Positions 1 to 8,929 are shown, numbered from the stretch's first letter. The stretch: 56,994 nucleotides of DNA from an uncultured Candidatus Poseidoniales archaeon (GCA_964618995.1 CAZUBQ010000001.1:157925-214918), one strand, 5' to 3'. Notes: generated by a model from the sequence alone, not told the origin. Made by a program: numbers and translations.

Positions 1-200
1 CCTCCGGGAATGGATGACGCACCACCTCCTCCTCCGGGAATGGATGACGCACCACCTCCTCCTCCGGGAATGGATGACGCACCACCTCCCCCTCCTGGAA
101 TGGATGACGCTCCACCACCGCCACCACCCGGAATGGATGACGCTCCACCACCGCCACCTTCTGAAATGGATGCGCCGCCCCCTCCGCCTCCCGGAATGGA
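1..200 (+). repeat. 30-bp coding tandem repeat (cctccgggaatggatgacgcaccacctcct) encoding MDDAPPPPPG
   Basis: Units 1-30 and 31-60 are identical and 61-89 matches; further degenerate copies run to about 200. The array continues off the window edge. Confidence 0.95.
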
Positions 201-2760
201 CGATGACTCCTCCGATGTCGCTGGGCAACCAGCGATGAGCGCATTGGACGCCCTCTCCACATTCGATGTCCCAGACGCTGATGAAGAGGATGTCGAACAG
301 GAAGTGGGTGAGCCGGATATTTCGATCTCTGTGAATGAAGATGCTCTAGGAGCGCTCGGCGCTCTCGATGCACCAGCGGAGGATGCTGACGACGACGCTG
401 ATGAGTCCGACGACACTGACGACGAATTGCTCGACGCTGCCACAGACAGCCTTCTGGATGTTGAGGGCGACGATGCTGCTGACGAGGAGGACTCCGACGA
501 CGAGGAGGAGGATGCTGAGGAAGCTGTTGATATTGCACCTGTCGAAGAAGCGGCCACACCAGAACATGCGGGTGGTCGCATCAGACCGATAGAGGAAGTC
601 GACAGCGTACGCGGAGACAAGTTGGTTGGAACTCTGCACGAAGAGGAGGCCTCCACGCTCACTCCAGATGGAGAGGTCATCGAGCAATCCGTCACAGGCA
701 TGCTGACCATCCAGAACCCCTCAGACAAGGATCGGCTTTGGGATATCGACATCTTCCTCAATGGGATGGATCACACAGACCTCGACGAAAACCACATGCC
801 GGTACAGGAACTAGAATCTGGAGATGAACACACGTGCGCGTACTCTGTCTCTGGACCAAGGATGTTGGTACTGCGTGAGAGAATCGACACCAAGCCTGAC
901 CGTGGCCAAGAGCGTAGCCTGTCAGCCGTGTGCAGTCCTGACCCTGAGTCGATATCTCTCGAGATCGAGGTGGAGAATGTTGGACCGGTCGATTTGACCG
1001 ATGTGATTGTCCACAGGACGATTCCCAGCCAGATGACCGTTGAAGACAATGACCAGTTCGAACTCAGTCAAGGCGAGTTGACCTGGGATGTCGGCACGCT
1101 GACTTCAGGGGGCAAGCGCACCCTACCGATTCCTGCAAGCCTCACATCAGAGGCCGTCGGTACCATCGACGGTGGAGAGACACGAGCCGAATACGTCGCT
1201 GATGCCACCCTCTCAGGAATGAACTTCGCTGAGTTGGACGCGTGGTGCCGTGGATTCAGTTACATGACCATCGACGAGGATGAGCGCCCGGACAACTGGC
1301 AATGCCAGGTCGTGTTCGAGAACCGCTCGTCGTTCGCTGTGGACCTCGTGAAGCTCAGAGTGAAGCAGGTGGGCAGCGATGACCTGCTGTTCGACATCAG
1401 CGATGTAGACGAAGATGTGGCTCCAGATGGGCGATGGGAGAGCGGTGTGGAAATCGTCCCATCGACCGTGAAACCGAACTTCAACCAAGAACTTGGGTTC
1501 ACCGTGCTGCCTCGAGTAACCTCGCAAACCAAGGGCACACTGACACTGGAACCCTGCACTATCGAGGTGCTGGAGGCTGAAATCTCCAAGAGTTACTCCA
1601 CCGAGGTGCTGCGCAGTTTCCGCGAAGCCGGTGTCGATGCAGAGGTGAGCATCACCAATACAGGTTCAGCCACTATCAATCTGATGCGGATGACCGACGA
1701 TGTCCCAGGAGTGTTCAACAGCCCGGACGCCGAACAGGTCACCTGTTCAATCGAAGGCAAGGAGATGCTACGAGAACAGTTCCGCATCGAAGTCAAGGAA
1801 GGAATCACGCTTGAAGAGAAACTCGTCAGTCCTGACGGACCGGGTCATACGATGATTATCACCGTCGGGACGAAGGGTCCAATCGGCTTGGAGCCAGGCC
1901 AGACCCTCACAGTCAACTACTCCCTGGTGGCACCCGATCCGACCCCCGACAACGAAGTTATCGCCGGCCCTGTACGGGCGGACTTCAGCGCCGAGCGCTT
2001 CGGCCCGGTAGCTACACGAAACGTCGAGGCCGTCCCTGCTATTCGCGTCATCCACAAGCGACGGCGGTTCAGCACCGGAAAGGAGGTGTTCGCTGCCGGC
2101 GGAGCCGGGCGATATGAGGTGTTGATAATGTTCCAGAACAGATCTGACTCTGCTCTACAGGACCTAATCATCCACGATTTGGTCCCGGAATCCTTTGACA
2201 TCAAGGGATTCAGTATCCGCAGCGACACCTCGGGTAACCGAGAAGCTGAGATGATCAAGTCCGACGACGATGGTGGTACGAAGGTCAGTTGGCACCTCGA
2301 CGTCATCGAGAAGGATGAGCGGATTGAGGTAATCTACGAACTCGTCGGAGACGCCGATGCTGAGTACAAGGTATCCGAGACACAGGAGTCGCACGGGGCT
2401 ACATTCGGCGACGAGGTCGACGAGGACCTCCCGCTACTCCCTACCGAGGTTGAGGAAGAGGAGGTCGAGGAGGCTGAGGAATCCGAGGAGGATGAGGCGG
2501 ATGACGCCGACGAGGAAGAGGGTGATGACGACAGCGATGACTCCGAAGACGACAGCGATGACTCCGAGGGCGACGAGGATGAGGCCGAGATGGACGCCGC
2601 GCTGGCCAAGTTGACCGGTGGCGGTGAATCAGACGATGATACTGCGGACGAAGCAGCTGAGGATGACGGTGAGGCACGCGTCTGCCCGGTGTGTGAGAGT
2701 TCGAACCCTGCCGGAGCAAACGTCTGCACCGCCTGCTCGTTCAAATTCCCCGATGAGTGA
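1..2760 (+). CDS. 5'-truncated polyproline/acidic protein with multiple beta-sandwich domains (mu-homology-like and DUF11-like) and a C-terminal Zn-ribbon
   Basis: Frame is open from base 1 (PPG before ATG 10). Has MDDAPPPPPG repeats, two acidic linkers, beta-rich domains (LTDVIVHRTIP, LTWDVGTL, ATLSGMNF) and ends CPVC-x10-CTAC. No TM segment. The CDS is confident; its function is not. Confidence 0.85.
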   Translation, partial: PPGMDDAPPPPPGMDDAPPPPPGMDDAPPPPPGMDDAPPPPPPGMDDAPPPPPSEMDAPPPPPPGMDDDSSDVAGQPAMSALDALSTFDVPDADEEDVEQEVGEPDISISVNEDALGALGALDAPAEDADDDADESDDTDDELLDAATDSLLDVEGDDAADEEDSDDEEEDAEEAVDIAPVEEAATPEHAGGRIRPIEEVDSVRGDKLVGTLHEEEASTLTPDGEVIEQSVTGMLTIQNPSDKDRLWDIDIFLNGMDHTDLDENHMPVQELESGDEHTCAYSVSGPRMLVLRERIDTKPDRGQERSLSAVCSPDPESISLEIEVENVGPVDLTDVIVHRTIPSQMTVEDNDQFELSQGELTWDVGTLTSGGKRTLPIPASLTSEAVGTIDGGETRAEYVADATLSGMNFAELDAWCRGFSYMTIDEDERPDNWQCQVVFENRSSFAVDLVKLRVKQVGSDDLLFDISDVDEDVAPDGRWESGVEIVPSTVKPNFNQELGFTVLPRVTSQTKGTLTLEPCTIEVLEAEISKSYSTEVLRSFREAGVDAEVSITNTGSATINLMRMTDDVPGVFNSPDAEQVTCSIEGKEMLREQFRIEVKEGITLEEKLVSPDGPGHTMIITVGTKGPIGLEPGQTLTVNYSLVAPDPTPDNEVIAGPVRADFSAERFGPVATRNVEAVPAIRVIHKRRRFSTGKEVFAAGGAGRYEVLIMFQNRSDSALQDLIIHDLVPESFDIKGFSIRSDTSGNREAEMIKSDDDGGTKVSWHLDVIEKDERIEVIYELVGDADAEYKVSETQESHGATFGDEVDEDLPLLPTEVEEEEVEEAEESEEDEADDADEEEGDDDSDDSEDDSDDSEGDEDEAEMDAALAKLTGGGESDDDTADEAAEDDGEARVCPVCESSNPAGANVCTACSFKFPDE

Positions 2761-3615
2761 TTATTCCAAATCTGGAAAATCAGCGAACGGGTCATCTTCC
2801 TCCTCGGAGGCAGTTGCCTTTAGCTCAGTGGAGCCCTCAGATGATTGTTGTGAGGAACTGGGGGCTGCCGACGGCTCCGTAGGGGATGTCTCACTGAGCG
2901 CTCCCCCAAGTGCAGAAAGATCGATTTCCAGAGGTGTGGCACTTGCAGTTGTCTCTCCTAGAAGTTCATCTACACCAGGAGTTGACTGGGTGCGTAGGGC
3001 TTCCTGGTCAATGCCAGCCATCTCCTCCATGCTCCCTGCAGCGAACGACGCATCATCCGACTCCGAATATACACCTGGATCACGCCTAACAAGGTCTGGT
3101 TCGTCTGGCATCTCGGCGAGGTCGAACTCATCCAAGTCCGGGGCACGTAGACCTACAATCGGTGAAATCTCGGTCATGAACCCATGCAATTCACGGCTCT
3201 TACTACCCCCTTCGATGAACTGAGCCTTGGCCTTCTCCCAAGCCTCATGATGACGACCGCGCAGGCAGAGAGCCCTAGCGATTCCCATCGTGGCGATGTC
3301 AATGTTCATTCCAAGACCAATCGATCTCCCGTATAGGCGGGTCGCGTCACGCGCCCATCCGCAGGCGAGAGCGCACTCAGCCGCACCTGCACATGCATCC
3401 AGCCTCTCTGGTGAGATGCGCATCACGCGCTTGTACTGCCTGTACGCTTGCGAGTGTCGACCCAGCCGCTCAAGCACGTCGGCATAGCGGATACGGAACT
3501 CTGGTTCCTTCTGCCAGCGCTTGCACGCCTGTTTGAAAATTTTCGCTGCGCCCTCGTGATTCCCCTCGACCATACAACGTCGAGCGTCTGCAAGAACCTG
3601 CTCCGGAGTAGTCAT
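2761..3615 (-). CDS. TPR-repeat protein with acidic disordered C-terminal tail
   Basis: Helical TPR-like repeats (YADVLERLGRHSQAYRQYKRVM; IARALCLRGRHHEAW). Tail ends EEEDDPFADFPDLE. Confidence 0.8.
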   Translation of the reverse strand: MTTPEQVLADARRCMVEGNHEGAAKIFKQACKRWQKEPEFRIRYADVLERLGRHSQAYRQYKRVMRISPERLDACAGAAECALACGWARDATRLYGRSIGLGMNIDIATMGIARALCLRGRHHEAWEKAKAQFIEGGSKSRELHGFMTEISPIVGLRAPDLDEFDLAEMPDEPDLVRRDPGVYSESDDASFAAGSMEEMAGIDQEALRTQSTPGVDELLGETTASATPLEIDLSALGGALSETSPTEPSAAPSSSQQSSEGSTELKATASEEEDDPFADFPDLE

Positions 3616-3724
3616 CTTCTCGATTCAAGTCGGCGTCACCCGTTCAAACCTTGTCCTTCTATTCGAGACTGCCCTTGACGGTCAACCCGAAGGGTTGATG
3701 CGGCACCCGAGGCGCGCTCGGGGC

Positions 3725-4633
3725 GTGCCAGCCGACCCTGATGAGCAGCCGATGCCAGCGATGGGCTCGATGATGATGCCGATGCTGATGTTGCTCGGCA
3801 TGACCTCCCTGCTGTTCATTCCAGGTATCCGCCCAATGCTTGCCAACTCCGCGGATTCGGTAATCGCTCCGCTGGTCCCGTTCCACGACAAGTGGTTTGT
3901 ACTGACCGTAGGCTTAGTCGGCTCGAGCATCATGGTGGTGAACACGGTGCTGCGTTCATTCTTCTTGGACCCGTTAAAGCAGGCGCACCTCGGACATCGC
4001 AACAAGCAGTTGCGAGTCCTGATGCGAGAAGCCACCCAGTCGCGCGACCCGGTGCGCCTAGAGAAGATTCAGCGGATGCAGCAGCGTATGATGCCAGAAC
4101 AGATGGAACTGCAATCTTCCACCATGAAGCCGATGATGTTCACATTCATCTTCATCATCGCCGTCTTCTCTTGGATGGCCGCCAATGTCGAGGTTTTCCG
4201 TGTAGGTTACGTTTCTCTCCCTTGGAACCCTACCTGGAGCCTGACCGAAGACAAGGTGATCATCTTCCCCGCTTGGATTGCAACCTACATCTGTCTGTCA
4301 GCGCCACTTGGACGAGTTGTCGACCGCCACATACGCTTGATTCGCTATCGGACGCATCCAATCGTAGTTGCCGGAGAGCCACTCGATGAACCGCTATTGG
4401 GGATGCTCAAGACAGACGACAAGAAGCCATCACGGGGCAGCAGTTCAGGAAGAGGGTCAAGACGTAGAAGAAAAACGGCACGTGCATCTACTGTTTCGAG
4501 TCCAAGACAGGAGATAGCGGCCTCTGAGGCGCGCACTGATGCAGTCTGTCCGGAGTGTGATGGAGATGCGGTCGAACGGGCACCTGACGGAAGATTGCGC
4601 TGCGATGTGTGCCGGCACACATGGAGGCGATGA
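3725..4633 (+). CDS. DUF106/EMC3/TMCO1 (Oxa1-superfamily) membrane insertase with C-terminal basic region and Zn-ribbon
   Basis: TM, coiled-coil, then MKPMMFTFIFIIAVFSW and WIATYICLS motifs; syntenic with cmk-cbf5. Start uncertain (GTG 3725 chosen; ORF open from 3695). Confidence 0.85.
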   Translation: MPADPDEQPMPAMGSMMMPMLMLLGMTSLLFIPGIRPMLANSADSVIAPLVPFHDKWFVLTVGLVGSSIMVVNTVLRSFFLDPLKQAHLGHRNKQLRVLMREATQSRDPVRLEKIQRMQQRMMPEQMELQSSTMKPMMFTFIFIIAVFSWMAANVEVFRVGYVSLPWNPTWSLTEDKVIIFPAWIATYICLSAPLGRVVDRHIRLIRYRTHPIVVAGEPLDEPLLGMLKTDDKKPSRGSSSGRGSRRRRKTARASTVSSPRQEIAASEARTDAVCPECDGDAVERAPDGRLRCDVCRHTWRR

Positions 4634-4634
4634 C

Positions 4635-5177
4635 CTGGTTCTAATCACCATCAGCGGACATCCTGGCAGCGGAACTTCCACTCTCGTCCACATTCTGTGT
4701 GATAGGCGTGGCTGGACGAGCCTGAACGGAGGGGACGTATTCAGGGCTGAGGCTGCTGATCGTGGACTCCCGTTGGAAGATTTCAGTCGCCTCTGCCGTG
4801 ATGAACCGGGCGTTGATCGGACATTGGATGACCGCCTACGTCAAGCGATGCTGGCGGAAAGCGGCCCGGAGGTGATTGAAAGCCGTCTCGCGGGATGGTG
4901 GGCCGACCAACTCGGACTCGACTGCATCAAGGTCTGGCTAGATGTTTCTGCAGCAGAACGGGCCCGTAGAATCGTCGAACGAGAGGGGGGTGAACTCTCG
5001 GCCGCTCTTGAGAGGATGAACGGGCGCATGGCTGCAGATGCGCTGCGCTATGATCTGCTCTATTCAATCACTCTAGACGACATGTCGCCCTATGACCTGA
5101 AGTTGAACACCGATGAGATGCAGCCTGACGAGGTAGCCGATTCGGTCGAGGCGATGCTCGAAACCCAAGGGGAATGA
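4635..5177 (+). CDS. cmk: Cytidylate kinase (archaeal type)
   Basis: ITISGHPGSGTST P-loop, IESRLAGW, RARRIVEREG. Probable CTG start at 4635 after GGAGG; in-frame ATGs also exist at 4539, 4563, 4569 and 4605. Confidence 0.92.
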   Translation: MVLITISGHPGSGTSTLVHILCDRRGWTSLNGGDVFRAEAADRGLPLEDFSRLCRDEPGVDRTLDDRLRQAMLAESGPEVIESRLAGWWADQLGLDCIKVWLDVSAAERARRIVEREGGELSAALERMNGRMAADALRYDLLYSITLDDMSPYDLKLNTDEMQPDEVADSVEAMLETQGE

Positions 5178-6148
5178 ACATGGTGGACATGAACGATTGC
5201 ATCGTGCTGGACGAGGCGGCAACATCGAGCTCGAAGCACGGCTGTGTCCCCATGGACCGAGACATTTCTGGGCGTCTGGCTGCTGGATGGCTGTTGGTTG
5301 ACAAGCCCGCTGGCCCTACCAGCCATCAGGTGTCTGCGTGGGCACGCGACCTTCTCGGATTGAGCAAATTAGGTCATGGAGGAACACTCGACCCGTTCGC
5401 CACCGGAGTGCTCGCACTGATGAGCGGGCGCACGATGCGTCTTACAGACCGGGTACTCAAGAGTGGCAAGACCTACGTCGTTGTCATTCGTCTATCGTCA
5501 GATGTCGATGATGCTGCCTTGGAAGGGGCGCTCACCGAACTGAAAGGTGAGATACACAACGTACCGCCGAAGCAGTCGGCTGTCAAGATTCGAGTCCGCG
5601 CGCGGACTCTACACGAGGTCGACGTGCACGAGCGAGCAGAACGGCATGTAGTGATCAGCATCAGTTGTGCAGCTGGAACCTACATCCGCACCTGGGCGCG
5701 CGATCTTGGACTGCTGCTAGGAACGCCTGTAGAACTCATCGAACTCAGGAGAACCCGTTCAGGACACTTCACCGAGGAGTCCACTGTGACCATGCAGCAA
5801 CTGGCTGACGCTGTCTGGCTGTGGCAGGAGAACGATGATTCAGAAGCCTTGGAGCGGGTCTTGAGGCCGGTAGAGGAACTTCTGGTTGGAATTCCTCGAG
5901 TGTTCGTCAAGGATGGTGCCGCTGCAGCGGTTTGCCATGGAGCGCCCCTTCTGCGTCCTGGTGTGATCGCCTTTGACAGCGGGGTGGCGAATGGCGACGA
6001 AGTCCGCCTGCTGACATTGAAAGGCGAAGCTGTCGCGCTTGCACGAATGCAGGTTGATGCTGCTAGGCTTGAGGAAATGAAGACTGGTGAAGTAGCGAAA
6101 TCAACAACTGTGCTGATGGAGGTCGACACCTACCCGCGAGGGTGGTGA
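5174..6148 (+). CDS. cbf5: H/ACA RNA-guided pseudouridine synthase Cbf5 (TruB family, PUA domain)
   Basis: DKPAGPTSHQV, GHGGTLDP (catalytic Asp), GTYIRT, LRRTRSG, and a C-terminal PUA domain ending YPRGW. Confidence 0.96.
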   Translation: MNMVDMNDCIVLDEAATSSSKHGCVPMDRDISGRLAAGWLLVDKPAGPTSHQVSAWARDLLGLSKLGHGGTLDPFATGVLALMSGRTMRLTDRVLKSGKTYVVVIRLSSDVDDAALEGALTELKGEIHNVPPKQSAVKIRVRARTLHEVDVHERAERHVVISISCAAGTYIRTWARDLGLLLGTPVELIELRRTRSGHFTEESTVTMQQLADAVWLWQENDDSEALERVLRPVEELLVGIPRVFVKDGAAAAVCHGAPLLRPGVIAFDSGVANGDEVRLLTLKGEAVALARMQVDAARLEEMKTGEVAKSTTVLMEVDTYPRGW

Positions 6149-6395
6149 TGACCTATAGAACGATTACCATCAGCCTAAATCGTATTCCTCGTATATCCAT
6201 TCGTCGCATTCCAGTCGCAGTTTCAAACGCCCCATCTCGCGCACTCCCTACTCCCACCCCGGTCGACGCAGCGACCTATTGGAAGCATACCTTTCACACA
6301 CGGACGCCACTTAACCGTTGAGGGTGATTTGGCGATTATCCGTCGATATGGGGTTTGTGTACCCTACATTGCCAGGTTCGCAGCGATGCATGGCA

Positions 6396-8831
6396 TCACT
6401 TGAATCTGCGAATCTTGCTGGGGCCTAATTGGAACGCCAGTACAGTGACTAGAATGATTCCTCCTGCCAGCGTCCACAACATAGGTGTGGATACTGAGAT
6501 TCCTCCACTTGTAGGTTGGTCACCTCCGTCATCATCGCTGACCGGTGAATCTACCGTGACTTCGCTGAATGCCTCGTTGTTCTCCTCGTTGGTCTCTTGG
6601 ATGTCATGAAGCGGATCGACGACCACCTTGATGCTCGCTGAGTCTCCCGTCATGCCAACCTGCCAATCACACGACGTCGAAGCGAGTTGGTCGGGCTCTA
6701 TCACCGGGATGCTCGACGAGGTGCCAACGAGCTGGTCATCAACGTAGCAGCGGACCAATACCAGATTGGCTGACGACCGTCCTGAGTTGCGCACCCACGC
6801 GGTGATGGTCACGACATCACCTTGGGTCACGTTCACGGCCTGTTGATCTTGCTGTAAATGCTCGAGGGTGATCTGCTCGATGAACAGGTCAGGCTCCGCC
6901 GTAGCGAGTACGCCGATGCTGGTCTGCACTGTGTTCACACCGTCCGAGATGGTGATGCTGACATCGAACGAGCCTTCATCGGTGGGCTCCAAGGTCAGGG
7001 TGCCTGACTGATCGATGGACGCCCAGGAGACGTCAGTGTTGAACTGCAGTTGTGAGAGTGGTGTGTCAACATCTTCGACGTCTAACTCAATTACGAGAGA
7101 CTCACCCACCTCCACTTGCACTTCTAGGGGTAATGGCGCGTGAGTTGGCGCGTCCTCCACCTCATTCACAGTCACACTGAAATTGCTGACCCAAGCGTTG
7201 CCACGCTCATCGTGCACTTGCACCATTACAGTGGTCTGTCCGTGCTGCTCGGGTTGCTGACTCACCACCAGTTGTCCATCGACGACCGACACAGTCAGCA
7301 GCGATGTGTCTCCAGAGTCGGCGCTGACCTGCATATCCTGCCAAGCGGTGATGTCGTCGTTGCATGTCGAGAGCACCGGAATCACCGCACCTGAGGAATC
7401 CTCGTCGAGTTGCCTGTCAGTGATGTCATCGCAAGACGGGTCGCGGTCCCATTCGACCACGAATCCACCGGAGAGAATGATGTCGTCCACTACCACCACG
7501 GTAGTCTCTGCTTGACCATCGGATGACCACTGGAAACGAGTCCTGAGCCCGATGTCGATCTGTTCCCCTGTAGTAGGAATCAGGTGCCCCACAGGTATGG
7601 AGTGGCTGAAGCTACCGAGTGTCAGAGGCAAGTCCACTAGAACCACCCCTTCGAAGGCGACCCTGAGGGTGCTGACGTTCACGACCAGATCTTCGATGGC
7701 CCCCGATACGTGACCCGAGACGGTCACTGTGGGGTCGTTGATGTCCACGCGCACGCCAGCAAGGCAGCCGTCCAACAGATCGACCTTGAATTCCAGGAAG
7801 CGGTGGTCTGGTAACAGGAAGGGGTCGTTCAACAGCATGTATCCGAACCAATTCTCTGCATCGGCACTTCCGCGTACCTCGACACTGGCATTTCCGGTGG
7901 TGGACAAATGCACCCTCCCCCATGATTGCCCGTACGGGCGCTCCTGCACCGTCGAAATCCATGACCCGCCTGTAGCCGAATCGATAAGTTGCAAGCCACA
8001 TGGGCTCTGTGCCAGATTGGTCGTCTGTCCGTGTTCTAGATTGAGGTCTGTCACCGGGGACGTGCTCAGTAGAACGCTCGCCTCAGCCTTGGCGGCCTCA
8101 AACGAGTACCATGATTGGAAGTAGGTCGCTGAAATCCCGACTGCATCGACTTCGACGCGACTGTCATCTGTGGACCCCACCGAATTGTAGTCGATGGTAA
8201 CGGAGACGTTAGCCAGTATTGACCAGGTCCATGATTCGTACGAATCGAGAGAGATGGCTACCGGATTGCCTGACATGTGGTCGATGGCGGACTGCGTGTG
8301 CGCGTACGTGCGCACCAGTTCAGTGCTACCAGGCCACGAGACGATGAAGCGAACATCATCCTGCTGCAGTGGTTCGGGAATCGCGAATGAGACGAGTAGC
8401 GACACGTTGGTCAACTCGCGATCCGATACGGCACTGAGGTCGTACCCAGACAACGTGATCTCCTGTCCGCTGCTGTACCAGTAGGCGCCGTCCGGAAATC
8501 CGAGCGTGTTGTTGCTGTTGGTCAATGAGGTCCCAGTCGCCCACGCGGTGGTGGAATCCCTCAACTCAGGACGCGAATGGGTGAACGACAGCACTCCGTC
8601 AGCCACCATGGTTGTCGTATAGTCAGCAGGTCTGCTCTCGAATCCTGCTTGACTCGACAGAGTCCAGTCGGTGGCGTCATCGAAGGCCCCCTCTGGGAAC
8701 AAGTCAACGGATTCAGCCCGGATGACTGTATCCGCAATCACAGAAGGGGTAAGTGGCAAGAACAGCCCGCACAACAGCAGTACCAGAATTGGCATGGATT
8801 GCCGATACCGGTCCTTGTCGGTATCCTCCAT
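6396..8831 (-). CDS. Secreted, C-terminally anchored surface protein with cadherin/Ig-like and CARDB domains
   Basis: N-terminal signal peptide; VTVNEVEDAP and DVEDVD cadherin-like motifs; CARDB motifs PDL...VRNSG...VDP..DIQETNEENN; C-terminal TM followed by KIRRFK. Confidence 0.85.
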   Translation of the reverse strand: MEDTDKDRYRQSMPILVLLLCGLFLPLTPSVIADTVIRAESVDLFPEGAFDDATDWTLSSQAGFESRPADYTTTMVADGVLSFTHSRPELRDSTTAWATGTSLTNSNNTLGFPDGAYWYSSGQEITLSGYDLSAVSDRELTNVSLLVSFAIPEPLQQDDVRFIVSWPGSTELVRTYAHTQSAIDHMSGNPVAISLDSYESWTWSILANVSVTIDYNSVGSTDDSRVEVDAVGISATYFQSWYSFEAAKAEASVLLSTSPVTDLNLEHGQTTNLAQSPCGLQLIDSATGGSWISTVQERPYGQSWGRVHLSTTGNASVEVRGSADAENWFGYMLLNDPFLLPDHRFLEFKVDLLDGCLAGVRVDINDPTVTVSGHVSGAIEDLVVNVSTLRVAFEGVVLVDLPLTLGSFSHSIPVGHLIPTTGEQIDIGLRTRFQWSSDGQAETTVVVVDDIILSGGFVVEWDRDPSCDDITDRQLDEDSSGAVIPVLSTCNDDITAWQDMQVSADSGDTSLLTVSVVDGQLVVSQQPEQHGQTTVMVQVHDERGNAWVSNFSVTVNEVEDAPTHAPLPLEVQVEVGESLVIELDVEDVDTPLSQLQFNTDVSWASIDQSGTLTLEPTDEGSFDVSITISDGVNTVQTSIGVLATAEPDLFIEQITLEHLQQDQQAVNVTQGDVVTITAWVRNSGRSSANLVLVRCYVDDQLVGTSSSIPVIEPDQLASTSCDWQVGMTGDSASIKVVVDPLHDIQETNEENNEAFSEVTVDSPVSDDDGGDQPTSGGISVSTPMLWTLAGGIILVTVLAFQLGPSKIRRFK

Positions 8832-8929
8832 GTGTGCATGGCGGCGGAGCAGCCCCTTGAATCCGTCGGACTTGCGGGCGTTGTCAAACGGTTGAAATAG
8901 CGGCCTCTGCCCGAGCAGTTCACACCTAT

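Noticed and set aside
1-200. 30-bp repeats as a CRISPR array
   Set aside because: The units are tandem with no spacers, in frame and coding, and no cas genes are present.
4430-4633. DUF106 tail as a fused rpl34e
   Set aside because: The position fits, but the CxxC spacing (about 14 aa) is much shorter than in L34e and the TPG and RPYGG motifs are missing.
6145-6210. C/D-box sRNA starting at GTGATGA over the cbf5 stop (similar case after rpiA at about 40824)
   Set aside because: No CTGA D box at a suitable distance; tandem TGA stops explain it.
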